Source: a virus
Strand: one strand, 5' to 3'
DNA length: 64,000 nt
IMG/VR virus record: IMGVR_UViG_2617270923_000003
Location: 1-64,000 of that record
Each line of letters begins with the position of its first letter. Position 1 is the stretch's first letter. The translations under genes were made by a program, and so were the position numbers. Below, piece by piece: positions 7,464 to 16,229 of the stretch. Under the pieces are notes generated by a model. That model was not told the DNA's origin and made no database searches. It saw only the letters and a list, made by a program, of their open reading frames with translations.

Positions 7464-8909
7464 TTATGCAGCCGCCTGCACCTCGGCGTTGACGCGCTGC
7501 ATGGTCGAAGCGACAAAGCCAACGAGCGACTTGTGGGCGCGATCGGTAATCTGCTCCCAGGACTGGGTCGTGATGAAATCGCCGTTGCGGAAGACGACCT
7601 GGAGCTGGTTGTCGATGCCCTCGGGCAGCGCGTCCTCGCGGATGGTTTCGAATTCGCCGTCATTCATGACCACGGCGACACGACCAGCCTTGGAAGACTT
7701 CGAGGGATCCGTCGCGGGCTTCTTCTGCACGTCCTGCCAGCCATTTCCGAAGTCGATGGCATTAGCCTTCATGGCGAAGCGCTGATCGTCGCGCTTGTGG
7801 GACTGCAAGAGCCCACCACCCATGCCAAAGGCGATATTGTCGATGGAGAAGCCTTCCATCAGCATCCGGGCAACCAGGGCAGCAACAGACTGCGGCGTCA
7901 TGCCGTCGCCCTGGATGACGCGCACATGCTTGTCGAGAACCTTGAACCCCTTCGAGTTCGTGGTCCCGCCGAAGATATCCCAAAGCTTCTTGATGACCGC
8001 AACGGGCGTTTCGACCGGATCGCCGGAGTCAGGACGGATAACGAGCGTGCCGTCGATATTGAGGATCTTCTCCTTGAGCTCGTCGCCGAAGATGTTCTCG
8101 ACCGCGTTGAACAGGTCGTAACTGTCGGAGACGACCGAGAACAGACCGTGACCGAAGTTGTCGATCATATTGGAGTAGGCATCCGCTTCGCGGTCCTGAC
8201 CCCAGCTCGTCATGGTCGAATGCTCCGACGCCGGAATGGAGAAGCCGGGCATCTCCTGAGCATCGTAGTAGTGCATCGCGCCCTGAATGGCTTCGAGGGT
8301 GTCGGTGCCCTTGAAATTGACCAGGTGAGCCATACCGCCCAGCATCGCGGATTCGCCAGACGAGACTCCACGGGCGCCGAAGTCATGCAGCTTGAACGGG
8401 ATCTGACCATCCGGATCGTCGGATGAGCGCTTCAGGCCGTCATAGATGATCGCCTTGGTGATGAAGGAGATCGTCGCGACAGAGGTCGGATACCAGATGG
8501 CGCGCAACAGCGCGGTTTCGACGAAGCTCGTAAGCCACGGAACCTTCGGGTCGGTGTTCTTGACCTGGATCATCGGCGTGCCGCGCGGAACGAACGAACC
8601 TTCCGGCAGAGCCTGAATCTCAATCGGCAGGTAGCCGTCATGATGTTCAAGGATATAGCGCCAGCCTTCCTCGTTGAACGGCAGGCCGTGCTTAAGGCAA
8701 AGCTCCTTGGCTTCCACGATGTCCGCTGCCTGAATCGGCATCGTCAGGTATTCCGACAGAAACGCCTGCAAACCGAAGAAGACGGAGAACTGCGGGCGAT
8801 CCGACTGCTTGCGCGCCTCGATGTAGGAGGAGATGAACTGCGCGCCGGGCGGATACTGGTTGAAATGGGACTGCTTATAGCTGTCCGTGGACAGGATGAT
8901 GTTCCTCAC
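7464..8909 (-). CDS. nadV: nicotinamide phosphoribosyltransferase (NAMPT/NadV)
   Basis: 481 aa; matches NAMPT along its whole length (STDSYK...HDFGARG...GTDT...SIPA.EHST...IRPDSGDP...QGDG). Confidence 0.85.
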   Translation of the reverse strand: MRNIILSTDSYKQSHFNQYPPGAQFISSYIEARKQSDRPQFSVFFGLQAFLSEYLTMPIQAADIVEAKELCLKHGLPFNEEGWRYILEHHDGYLPIEIQALPEGSFVPRGTPMIQVKNTDPKVPWLTSFVETALLRAIWYPTSVATISFITKAIIYDGLKRSSDDPDGQIPFKLHDFGARGVSSGESAMLGGMAHLVNFKGTDTLEAIQGAMHYYDAQEMPGFSIPASEHSTMTSWGQDREADAYSNMIDNFGHGLFSVVSDSYDLFNAVENIFGDELKEKILNIDGTLVIRPDSGDPVETPVAVIKKLWDIFGGTTNSKGFKVLDKHVRVIQGDGMTPQSVAALVARMLMEGFSIDNIAFGMGGGLLQSHKRDDQRFAMKANAIDFGNGWQDVQKKPATDPSKSSKAGRVAVVMNDGEFETIREDALPEGIDNQLQVVFRNGDFITTQSWEQITDRAHKSLVGFVASTMQRVNAEVQAAA

Positions 8910-9949
8910 AGGTAGTCTCCCTTGAGCAAGTTGGTGATGATGGAATGATGGTCTTCGTAGAACTCAGCGGTCGTGAGCGACGCGAAGTCATACCAATCGG
9001 CATGAGCCGCATCGTCACCCGCCTTGACGGCCGGGAGTTCCACGTCGGCGGGAATGGCGAACACGAAGGCCATCGACACGATGCGACCGCGGAGAGAGCG
9101 GTTCGGGTTGTCACACAGCCACTCGCCGGCGCAGTGTTCCTCAAGTGTCTCGCGATCGAGCCCGGTCTCTTCCATCGCTTCGCGTAGCGCGGCATCGAAG
9201 AAGCGTTCGCCCTTCTCGACGAACCCGCCCGGCATAGCCTTCTGACCACGACCGGCAGCCTTGCCGCGCGTGACGAGAAGGATCTTGCCGCGATGAAAGA
9301 CGAGAGCATCGGCAGCCAGGAACGGACCGTCGCCGTAGGTCTCCTTGTCCTTGGCGAGACCGTCTTTCCAGGCGACCAGATCCTTGAAGCGCGGCGTAAG
9401 AGCAAACTCCTTGAGCCAGGTGACGACCTGCGGCGAGCAAGCGTCATGCGGCAGGCGCGGGAGCCGGCGAAGGTAATCGTCGCGGATATCGGACGCGTTG
9501 AGCGTGCCGTGCTGAATGTCGATCTGAATATTGTCCCACTGGGGAAACATATTCAGATAGTAAGACGAGGCATCCTTGCCGAAGCCGGCGAGCGCGACCT
9601 TGAAGTCGTTTAACCCATGCAGGCGAATGCCACCCTTGTTGGCGTGATTGAGGATCGCATTCTCGACGCCACGGCGCAGGTTCTTCTCCCAATCGTAGTC
9701 GTGCTCGTAATCGTAGAGCGGGACCAGGATCAGACGGCCGGTTTCCAGCTCGTGATGGAAAACCCGTGTAAACATCGCTTCGCGATCAGCGAAGGTGAAA
9801 GGGTTCTTGGGCGTGGGCGCCATGTGGCTCGAACCAACAACGACGATCAGGGTTTCAACACGCTCAAGCGCGCCGCGAATGACGGCCTCGTGGCCCAGAT
9901 GAAGAGGCTGGAAACGGCCGATGAAGACGCCGTAGTGAAAGTCGCGCAT
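8906..9949 (-). CDS. natV: bifunctional NMN adenylyltransferase / Nudix ADP-ribose pyrophosphatase (NatV-like)
   Basis: N-terminal nucleotidyltransferase motif (GRFQPLHLGH) and a C-terminal Nudix box (GG.VE.GE....A.REA.EETG). ATGA-coupled to nadV. Confidence 0.8.
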   Translation of the reverse strand: MRDFHYGVFIGRFQPLHLGHEAVIRGALERVETLIVVVGSSHMAPTPKNPFTFADREAMFTRVFHHELETGRLILVPLYDYEHDYDWEKNLRRGVENAILNHANKGGIRLHGLNDFKVALAGFGKDASSYYLNMFPQWDNIQIDIQHGTLNASDIRDDYLRRLPRLPHDACSPQVVTWLKEFALTPRFKDLVAWKDGLAKDKETYGDGPFLAADALVFHRGKILLVTRGKAAGRGQKAMPGGFVEKGERFFDAALREAMEETGLDRETLEEHCAGEWLCDNPNRSLRGRIVSMAFVFAIPADVELPAVKAGDDAAHADWYDFASLTTAEFYEDHHSIITNLLKGDYL

Positions 9950-10152
9950 CAGTGGATGCTCCTCGAAAAGCGGAAGCTGCCCTCGGCAGTCCGGATGACA
10001 TCGCCGTCGATCTCCTGGATCGGTGCGGAATAGAAGGTTCGGCCATTGAGCGTGCCGCCCACGACCTGCTTGTTGGTGCCGATATCAAGGAAGCGCGCGT
10101 TGGTGATCAGACCAAGTTCTTCCTGAACAAGCTTGACTGCTGTTGGCGGCAT
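9949..10152 (-). CDS. hypothetical protein (67 aa)
   Basis: ORF directly downstream of the promoter cassette at 10163-10190. Confidence 0.4.
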   Translation of the reverse strand: MPPTAVKLVQEELGLITNARFLDIGTNKQVVGGTLNGRTFYSAPIQEIDGDVIRTAEGSFRFSRSIH

Positions 10153-10162
10153 TGTTCCTCAC

Positions 10163-10226
10163 TAAGTAATTGCTTACTTATGTTATAGCGTGAAGAAAAA
10201 GGGAGCGCTGCGGATGATGAGCGCTC
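10163..10226 (-). promoter_or_regulatory. promoter/operator cassette copy plus 9-bp inverted repeat GGGAGCGCT...AGCGCTCCC in the upstream box
   Basis: TAAGTAAttgcTTACTTAtgTTATAGCG at 10163-10190; perfect GC-rich inverted repeat at 10199-10226. Confidence 0.5.
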
Positions 10227-10237
10227 CCTTGTTGATG

Positions 10238-10660
10238 TTAGTAAGCCGCGACGATCTTGGGTGGCGCGATCTTGAAGCCGCGCTCCTTGACCAGGCAATA
10301 GACGGCCTTCGCCTTGTCGACGGACTTGTCACCGGTGGCAGCGCCGGCAGGTAGCTTGTAGCAATTCTTACGCACACCCCAGCCCGCCTTGACGGCCTTC
10401 ATCATATCCGGATCTTCGACGCGGATTTCGCTCGGGTAGCCGTTCTTCTTGAGGAACGGCAGCACCTTCTGCTGATACTCGACCTCGCGGCGCTCGTTCA
10501 CCTTCCAGTGCGGTTCGCAGCGGGTGGACTGTGCGCCGTAGTCGCGGCACGCAAAGTCCGAAAGGTCGCGATCGTCCAGGGCGAGCGCTTGATTGGAAGC
10601 GAAACCAGCAGCGACAATCAGGCCGGCGAGAAGGAGAGACTTGACGTTCATTTGAGACAT
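10238..10660 (-). CDS. secreted Cys-containing protein (signal peptide)
   Basis: N-terminus MSQMNVKSLLLAGLIVAAGFASNQALA looks like a Sec signal peptide; four Cys residues follow. Confidence 0.5.
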   Translation of the reverse strand: MSQMNVKSLLLAGLIVAAGFASNQALALDDRDLSDFACRDYGAQSTRCEPHWKVNERREVEYQQKVLPFLKKNGYPSEIRVEDPDMMKAVKAGWGVRKNCYKLPAGAATGDKSVDKAKAVYCLVKERGFKIAPPKIVAAY

Positions 10661-10731
10661 ACCTCGTTGTTTGCGTTTCGATAATTACTTATCGCGCATT
10701 CTGAGTTGGACTTCGGCAGGGGTCTTTCGGG

Positions 10732-12186
10732 TTACGCAGCCTCTGCGGGCTGCGTATCCTTCTTGGGCTTCTTGCCCTTGTGCCACTTCATTTCGCCGGC
10801 CATGATCGAGCCACGCGGAAGAATCCGGTCGGCAATCTTGGCGAGTTCGAACTTTTCAATCTGAGCTTGCACCTGGCTTGCGTTCTTGTAGGCGCTCGGC
10901 AGTTCGGATACGTCCGGATCACCGGTGTAGAAGCGGACATCAAGGCCGGCCGTTTCACGATCCATGATCGCCTTGATCGCATTCGGGCCCAGACCGCGCG
11001 TGTCGCCGAACTCTTCCATGAGGCGCTTGATATGCGCCGTGCGGGAGAGATTGCGCCCGGCACCATGCGGTGCGAACCCGAGAGCGTTCTCGTTGTTCTT
11101 GTGCTCGGCGATCAGGATGGGCTGTGCCATATTCATCGGGATCAGCGTCAGACCCTGGTCATCCTTTGAGAAGCCCTTGAAGGACGGCGTTGCGCCCTTG
11201 GCGTGGTAGAACAGCCCGTCGGAGCGCTGAAAGACAAAATTGTGCTCGTTCCAGAACTGCCCGATGATCTGATTACCGAGCCGCTTGGCGACCAGGTTGT
11301 GAATGGCGAAGTGGTTCATCTTCGTCCAAAGGCGCAGCGCCTGAAGAGCCTGCCAGTAATCCTGGCCCACCTGGCTATCCGCCTCGATCCAGGCATTGTG
11401 CAACGGGATCCTCGGGGCGACGATCCGCGTATGGCGCTCGGCTGCAGCCTTGCCCCGCTTGTAGAGCTGACCGCCCAGCCCACGAGAGCCATGATGAGTA
11501 ACGATCGCCATCTGACCGGTCGATTCCAGCTCGCCCACGTAGAAGAAGTGATTGCCGTCACCCTGGGTCATGAAGTGGTGGATGGCGTAATCCTCCAGCC
11601 CTTTCAAGAACGGGTTGGCTTCGAAACCGTTGACCAGGCTCACAAGATCCTTGTGCTGACGAACCTCAGACGCCGTGCGCTTGCCGACGCCGAAGTGGGT
11701 CGCCTTCATGGCGATATCAAGCACATAATCGACCGGCGTGTCGCGCTTGAAGACGGAGATCGCCATCGAGCAGCAGATGTCGGCCGAGTGGAAGCCCGGA
11801 TGGATCGCGTTCTTGGTCGCAACCACGCCACCAACAGGAATCGTGCCTATCGCAGAGCCTGACGGGCAAGCGTCAGGCATGACTGCGCCGCGCTCGATAG
11901 TCGGAACGCGCATTAGCGCATCCATGTGGGCGAGGACGCCGGCGACGTTCGCCTTCTCGTCGTCACCTTCCGGCTCGATGAACTGGCCGAACGGAATGTT
12001 GTTGGTTCGCAGCGGCACACCTTCCTCGACAGCCTTGGCTGCCTGGAGCGGAAACAGCGCCTGAATGATCTCCTTGTCGGTCTTGCCGTCCTCGCGGAGC
12101 TGGCGAGCCAACGGCAGCGCTTCCTTGAACCATGCGCCAGGCTGTAAGCCCCACGCGACGAGCGTCTTGCCCGAGATATTACTCAT
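10732..12186 (-). CDS. rtcB: RtcB-family RNA 3'-phosphate ligase
   Basis: 484 aa with the conserved RtcB motifs (QGDGNHF, THHGSRGLG, FAPHGAGR, His/Cys metal ligands). Confidence 0.85.
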   Translation of the reverse strand: MSNISGKTLVAWGLQPGAWFKEALPLARQLREDGKTDKEIIQALFPLQAAKAVEEGVPLRTNNIPFGQFIEPEGDDEKANVAGVLAHMDALMRVPTIERGAVMPDACPSGSAIGTIPVGGVVATKNAIHPGFHSADICCSMAISVFKRDTPVDYVLDIAMKATHFGVGKRTASEVRQHKDLVSLVNGFEANPFLKGLEDYAIHHFMTQGDGNHFFYVGELESTGQMAIVTHHGSRGLGGQLYKRGKAAAERHTRIVAPRIPLHNAWIEADSQVGQDYWQALQALRLWTKMNHFAIHNLVAKRLGNQIIGQFWNEHNFVFQRSDGLFYHAKGATPSFKGFSKDDQGLTLIPMNMAQPILIAEHKNNENALGFAPHGAGRNLSRTAHIKRLMEEFGDTRGLGPNAIKAIMDRETAGLDVRFYTGDPDVSELPSAYKNASQVQAQIEKFELAKIADRILPRGSIMAGEMKWHKGKKPKKDTQPAEAA

Positions 12187-12323
12187 TTCCTCTTTCCTTC
12201 CTTCTCACGGCGCATGGCTTCCTGGATCTTCTCCAGCACCAGCTTCCGGTGGTCGTAAAAATCATCCGAGTCGGTGCGAACTCGCCCGAGCTTAGGGTCG
12301 TATTGACCGATCTTCGGGAACAT
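12185..12323 (-). CDS. possible micro-ORF (46 aa, MFPKIGQYDPKLGRVRTDSDDFYDHRKLVLEKIQEAMRREKEGKRK) coupling into rtcB
   Basis: Not in the ORF track. Its start overlaps the upstream stop (TGATG) and its stop overlaps the rtcB ATG (ATGA). It supplies the GAAGGAAGG RBS for rtcB. Confidence 0.3.
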
Positions 12324-12709
12324 CAGCCTACGTGCTCGTCCCAAGTCTTGTTGAAGCGGCAGTTCGATGGCATACCGGCGAACATTGGCTCGATCTGCGA
12401 GCGCTTGAAGCCGGCGAGACCACAGCCGATTGGCGTGATGTCGAACGTGTGCTCCGGGTGGTCCTCGGCGAAGCGCAGGAATTCCTGCACGGACTTCTCG
12501 ATCTCGACCAGGCCACGGCTGCGGATGCGCTCGTCCTTGGTGGCGATGCCATAGGACTCGCCCTGCAAACCTTCACCTTGCAAGAGAATTGCGCCCTTGT
12601 TCTTGAGAGCATAGAGCGCGGCACCGGCGCCATGCCGGCCGGCGAGGTTCGAGCCAAATACGAAAATGTCGGCCATAAGACTTTCCTCAGATAGGGTTGA
12701 CGTGGGCAA
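12323..12709 (-). CDS. hypothetical protein, possibly Rossmann-like SLOG/DprA-like (DUF2493-like) fold
   Basis: 128 aa with a Gly-rich motif FVFGSNLAGRHGAGAALYAL. The family assignment is tentative. Confidence 0.45.
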   Translation of the reverse strand: MPTSTLSEESLMADIFVFGSNLAGRHGAGAALYALKNKGAILLQGEGLQGESYGIATKDERIRSRGLVEIEKSVQEFLRFAEDHPEHTFDITPIGCGLAGFKRSQIEPMFAGMPSNCRFNKTWDEHVG

Positions 12710-12968
12710 CGACGTTCACGCCGTCGGGCGTGTGCCATCTGATCGGACCCGCTAGATTGCTTTCCGGGACCAGGAAGATTCTCGCGTCCTCGCAGGTCGC
12801 GTCTTCGGGCGGTTCAGACGAAAGAACACCTTCGAAGCAGCAAGCCCAGCCAGAGCAGAAGTCAGTGGCTTTCCAGGCTTCAAAGGCCTCTGCGGGTGTC
12901 TCGGCGCGCACAAACAAATTCAGGCTCTCGCCGTCATTGTCGTGGGCGCAGATGAAATAGAGGTTCAT
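12687..12968 (-). CDS. hypothetical protein (93 aa)
   Basis: ORF in a coupled array. Confidence 0.4.
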   Translation of the reverse strand: MNLYFICAHDNDGESLNLFVRAETPAEAFEAWKATDFCSGWACCFEGVLSSEPPEDATCEDARIFLVPESNLAGPIRWHTPDGVNVVAHVNPI

Positions 12969-13264
12969 CGATACCTCCTCATGTCGCCGAGGATCAGCAC
13001 CAGGCGCGGGTTCTCAGTGATCTGTGGCTCCGAATAGGCGCTGTAGAAGCACTCCACGGCCTCTTCCGGACTGTCGAAAATTTCATAGAACTCCTCGCGA
13101 GGATCTTCGGTCGTGCGGTCGATACCCTCGTAGCTGTCGTAAATGACTGCGTAGAAAGGCAGGCCTTCGTGTCCGTGCTGGAAGGCCGCGATCGCCAGGC
13201 GCAACCGTGCGAAGAAGCGGTAGAGCGCCTTAGACATTGATCTTCTCCTCGATGAGAATATCAA
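12965..13264 (-). CDS. hypothetical protein (99 aa)
   Basis: ORF with ATGA coupling. Confidence 0.4.
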   Translation of the reverse strand: MIFSSRRRSMSKALYRFFARLRLAIAAFQHGHEGLPFYAVIYDSYEGIDRTTEDPREEFYEIFDSPEEAVECFYSAYSEPQITENPRLVLILGDMRRYR

Positions 13265-13586
13265 TTTCGTCGTCTGTCAGACCCTGGACGCGCCCATTGC
13301 AGGCGATCTCCACGAGCGCGGGCGGAATCATGGAATTGTCCTGCCACAACCGAAGCGCAGCGATGACTGTGTCACGCTCGGGGCCGGTAAGGGCGATCGT
13401 GTCGGTGGGCGTGATGCTGCGAAGACGACCCCTCTCAGCGAACAGGCGCTCTTTCTCCGCGTCCAAGCGCTTGATCAGGTCTGCAACAGCGGGATCATTC
13501 TCCGGACCTTCCTTCGCTTGGCATAAGCGGCAGATGACGGCTGATATCACCAGGTCCAGTTGCTCTTCGGTAAACTCGATCTGCAT
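13230..13586 (-). CDS. hypothetical protein (118 aa)
   Basis: ORF downstream of the promoter cassette at 13603-13631. Confidence 0.45.
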   Translation of the reverse strand: MQIEFTEEQLDLVISAVICRLCQAKEGPENDPAVADLIKRLDAEKERLFAERGRLRSITPTDTIALTGPERDTVIAALRLWQDNSMIPPALVEIACNGRVQGLTDDEIDILIEEKINV

Positions 13587-13602
13587 AGAAATCTCCCTTC
13601 GC

Positions 13603-13631
13603 TAAGTAATTACTTACTTAGCTTTATAGCG
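13603..13631 (-). promoter_or_regulatory. promoter/operator cassette copy (TAAGTAAttacTTACTTA..TTTATAGCG)
   Basis: Upstream of the 13230..13586 gene. A 9-bp hairpin at 13660-13690 upstream of it may terminate the preceding operon. Confidence 0.5.
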
Positions 13632-13714
13632 GTGGCATCGACGGGGTGCATCAAGTCGTGAGCGGACGGCGATAACAGGAAACTCGCCGTCCGTTACCTA
13701 CGCAGTTAGTCGGG

Positions 13715-14506
13715 TTAGCTTGCGGCAGGTGCCGGCACCAGGCTGCGCAGACGCTCGGCAATCTTGCTGTCCGAGCGGAGCGTAAGCGTCTGCCCGGAGC
13801 GATCAGCGATCTTGACCGTAGCGAAGAGGTTCATGATCTGACCTGACTGCGAGCGCGCGGTGCCTTCGCCAAGGCCGGAAGCCTTGTAGGCGCCGACGAC
13901 ATCAGCCGAAGTCATCGAGCCCTTGCTGTCGAGCAGCTTGAATGCCACCATCACGTAGACGGACGGCTCCTTGCCGACGGACAAAGCGGTGAACAGGTTG
14001 TCGAACTTCTCGGCGACCTTTACCTGAGCCGGCAGGAGCTTCATGGTCGTCTCACGGGCGGTCTTGAGGTCTTCGTCCGACATCGTGGACGGGTCGCCCG
14101 AGAGCACGAAGAACTCGTCGGCCACCTTGGAGATATCGCGAGGCGTGCGCGTCACGCCACTGGATGCTGCCTTACGCTCGCCCTTGGCCTTCGGCCGGAC
14201 GGCTGCAGTCGGCGCCGGCAATTCGGTCGTGGTAACGGAAGATGACTTCTGCTCCTCATAGATTTCGTTCTTGGCGAGCGCCAGGTCGAGATCGGCGAGC
14301 TCCTCGCTTTCGAGGACGGTCGGCGCGACCGCGGCTTCTTCCGCTGCTTCGAGTTCGGCTTCGTCTTCCGGCGTTGTCTCGTAGATCACGCCTTCTTCCT
14401 CACCCTCGGACTGAATGTCGAGGTCTGCGAGAACGGCGTCGAGTGCGTCGAGGTCTGCGGTATTCGGCATGGCGTTTTGCTGGATCGTTGCGAGTGCGGT
14501 GCTCAT
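13715..14506 (-). CDS. hypothetical protein with a strongly acidic N-terminal half (263 aa)
   Basis: Long ORF. The Asp/Glu-rich N-terminal segment could be a DNA mimic or scaffold; no family was recognised. Confidence 0.5.
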   Translation of the reverse strand: MSTALATIQQNAMPNTADLDALDAVLADLDIQSEGEEEGVIYETTPEDEAELEAAEEAAVAPTVLESEELADLDLALAKNEIYEEQKSSSVTTTELPAPTAAVRPKAKGERKAASSGVTRTPRDISKVADEFFVLSGDPSTMSDEDLKTARETTMKLLPAQVKVAEKFDNLFTALSVGKEPSVYVMVAFKLLDSKGSMTSADVVGAYKASGLGEGTARSQSGQIMNLFATVKIADRSGQTLTLRSDSKIAERLRSLVPAPAAS

Positions 14507-14520
14507 CGCTGCATTCCTTT

Positions 14521-14567
14521 CTAAGTGACTGCGTTACTTGATGAATTTGTTATAACGCAGTCACTAT
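14521..14567 (-). promoter_or_regulatory. variant cassette: 13-bp inverted repeat AGTGACTGCGTTA...TAACGCAGTCACT flanking a TTATAA box
   Basis: Upstream of the acidic-protein gene (start 14506). The palindrome sequence differs from the common TAAGTAA type. Confidence 0.4.
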
Positions 14568-14585
14568 TGGGATGCGGCAGGATCG

Positions 14586-15152
14586 TTACGCAGCGAGTGC
14601 GATCCCTTCCATCTGAGGCAGGGCGAAGAAGCCCCAATCGAGACCGCGGTAGAAGCAGTCCATCATGATATCCACGTCATAGGCCGCGGCATGTGCCCTG
14701 GTCGGGTCGTAGTCGACGCCGCAGGCAAAGGCGAGTTCGCCAAGGCGGGGCTTCTTGCCGTCGCTGCAAGCCCAGACGCCATCGACCATCGTGTCGATCC
14801 AGGGCTTCTCGGTCATGGTGAGACCGATGCGCTGCATTTCGCGTTCACCGAACGGCTTGTCGAAGTCATTGCCGTTGTGGGCGACGATGAAGTCGGCGCG
14901 CTGCAGGATCGCATTGATCGTGGGAGCCACCGCGTCCCAGGTGGGCTGTCCGATCAAGTCGGTCGCCGAGATCCCGTGAACGCGCTGGGCGTCGGCTGCA
15001 ATTGAGCGCTGCGGGTCAATGCGCTGCTCGAAGCTCCAAATCTTCTGTCCACCGCGATAGAGCCCAATGTAGGCTTCGATGATGCGGTGATCGGGCTCGT
15101 TCTTGCCCGTCGTCTCCCAATCGAGACCGGCGATAATTGGAACATAGGTCAT
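14586..15152 (-). CDS. DnaQ-like 3'-5' exonuclease (DEDDh family)
   Basis: Exo motifs I-III are present (LDWETTG; HNGNDFD; HAAAYDVD). Confidence 0.75.
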   Translation of the reverse strand: MTYVPIIAGLDWETTGKNEPDHRIIEAYIGLYRGGQKIWSFEQRIDPQRSIAADAQRVHGISATDLIGQPTWDAVAPTINAILQRADFIVAHNGNDFDKPFGEREMQRIGLTMTEKPWIDTMVDGVWACSDGKKPRLGELAFACGVDYDPTRAHAAAYDVDIMMDCFYRGLDWGFFALPQMEGIALAA

Positions 15153-15376
15153 GGTCGATGCCTCGGATTAGTCAGCGCCGCCTCAAGCATTTCGAGGGCG
15201 ATGGCGCGATTGATGTGTTGGCCGCGACCGTGGTGGTAACGTGCAACCGTGCCGGTCGGCAGATGCGTCACCTGGACGCCGGTGAGAGTGCGGGCAACAC
15301 GCATACCCTTGCTCGGATAGGCGTCGTAAACCTCGATCTTCAACTCGTCGTAGGGAATGATGGTCGCGTGGGTCAT
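15149..15376 (-). CDS. peptide chain release factor GGQ-domain homolog that lacks the GGQ motif (75 aa)
   Basis: [54 protein letters not shown] aligns with RF1 [54 protein letters not shown]. The GGQ position reads SKG here. ATG has a GGAAG RBS; ATGA-coupled to the HNH gene upstream and the DnaQ gene downstream. Confidence 0.6.
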   Translation of the reverse strand: [75 protein letters not shown]

Positions 15377-15916
15377 ACGTGCTTCCAGGTCTTGCCGTTG
15401 ATGATGTTGATGACCGTCGAGCGCGAGACGCCATAGGTCTTCGCCAGCTCTTCCGGAGTGTTATCGTTTGCGGCCGCGCGGATCTTCATCACCTGGTCAG
15501 CGGTGAGCTTGGCGTTCGAGTTCGCGGAGCCGCGTCCGGTCTTCAATCCCGTGCGATGGGCGTGTTTCTCGTTGTCCGAGCCCGTCGACCATTCGAGGTT
15601 CGAAGCCGCGTTATTCTCCTTGTTGCCGTCAATGTGATTGACCTGCGGCAAGTTGAGCGGGTTCGGATGGAAGCGCAGCGCGACCACCCGGTTGACCAGG
15701 ACCGACTTGGTGTAGCCGACATAGGTCATGTTGAAGTAAACCCGGCCGGACTTCTTGTGGACCTGCTGCGTGACGACAGAGTAGCCCTTCGACCGGTCGA
15801 CGACGCCCTTGTCGTCGGCCTTGTTGGCGCGACGAATGGTGCCGTCTTCCGAGACGATCAGATAGCCGCTCCGGATCGCGATCAGGATCCAGGTGTCCTT
15901 GGGGAACTTCTTGCTC
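15373..15916 (-). CDS. HNH homing-endonuclease-like protein (NUMOD-type N-terminus; probable TTG start)
   Basis: HNH motif NHIDGNKENNAASNLEW and a C-terminal DNA-binding tail. An N-terminal W..I.GY.VS.DG.I segment is also present. There is no ATG; a TTG overlaps the upstream stop. Confidence 0.65.
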
Positions 15917-16229
15917 AAAGATGCTGGTCCTTGTGAAGGCTGGAGAACAATTCGCCGTCCTTCGTCTGGACGGTCATGACGCCAAGACCGGCAGCCGGAT
16001 ACATCTTGGCGATCATGCGGGAGAGCCAGGACAGGATCGAGAGCTTCCACATCTGGCGTTTGGCGATACGGTAGTCCTCGGCCGTCAGCATATTGGACTG
16101 GCAGTCCGGGCATTCCTTACCGATCAGACCCTTGTGCAGGCGGTCCACATCTTCCATGTAGTGACAGGCGTCACACACCAGCCTTTGCAGCTTTTCGACG
16201 GGCCGCTTCATCACGTATTTCCTTTTCAA
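15915..16229 (-). CDS. hypothetical Zn-ribbon protein (CxxC...CxxC)
   Basis: 104 aa with two Cys pairs (CDACHY...CPDCQ). Confidence 0.45.
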   Translation of the reverse strand: MKRKYVMKRPVEKLQRLVCDACHYMEDVDRLHKGLIGKECPDCQSNMLTAEDYRIAKRQMWKLSILSWLSRMIAKMYPAAGLGVMTVQTKDGELFSSLHKDQHL

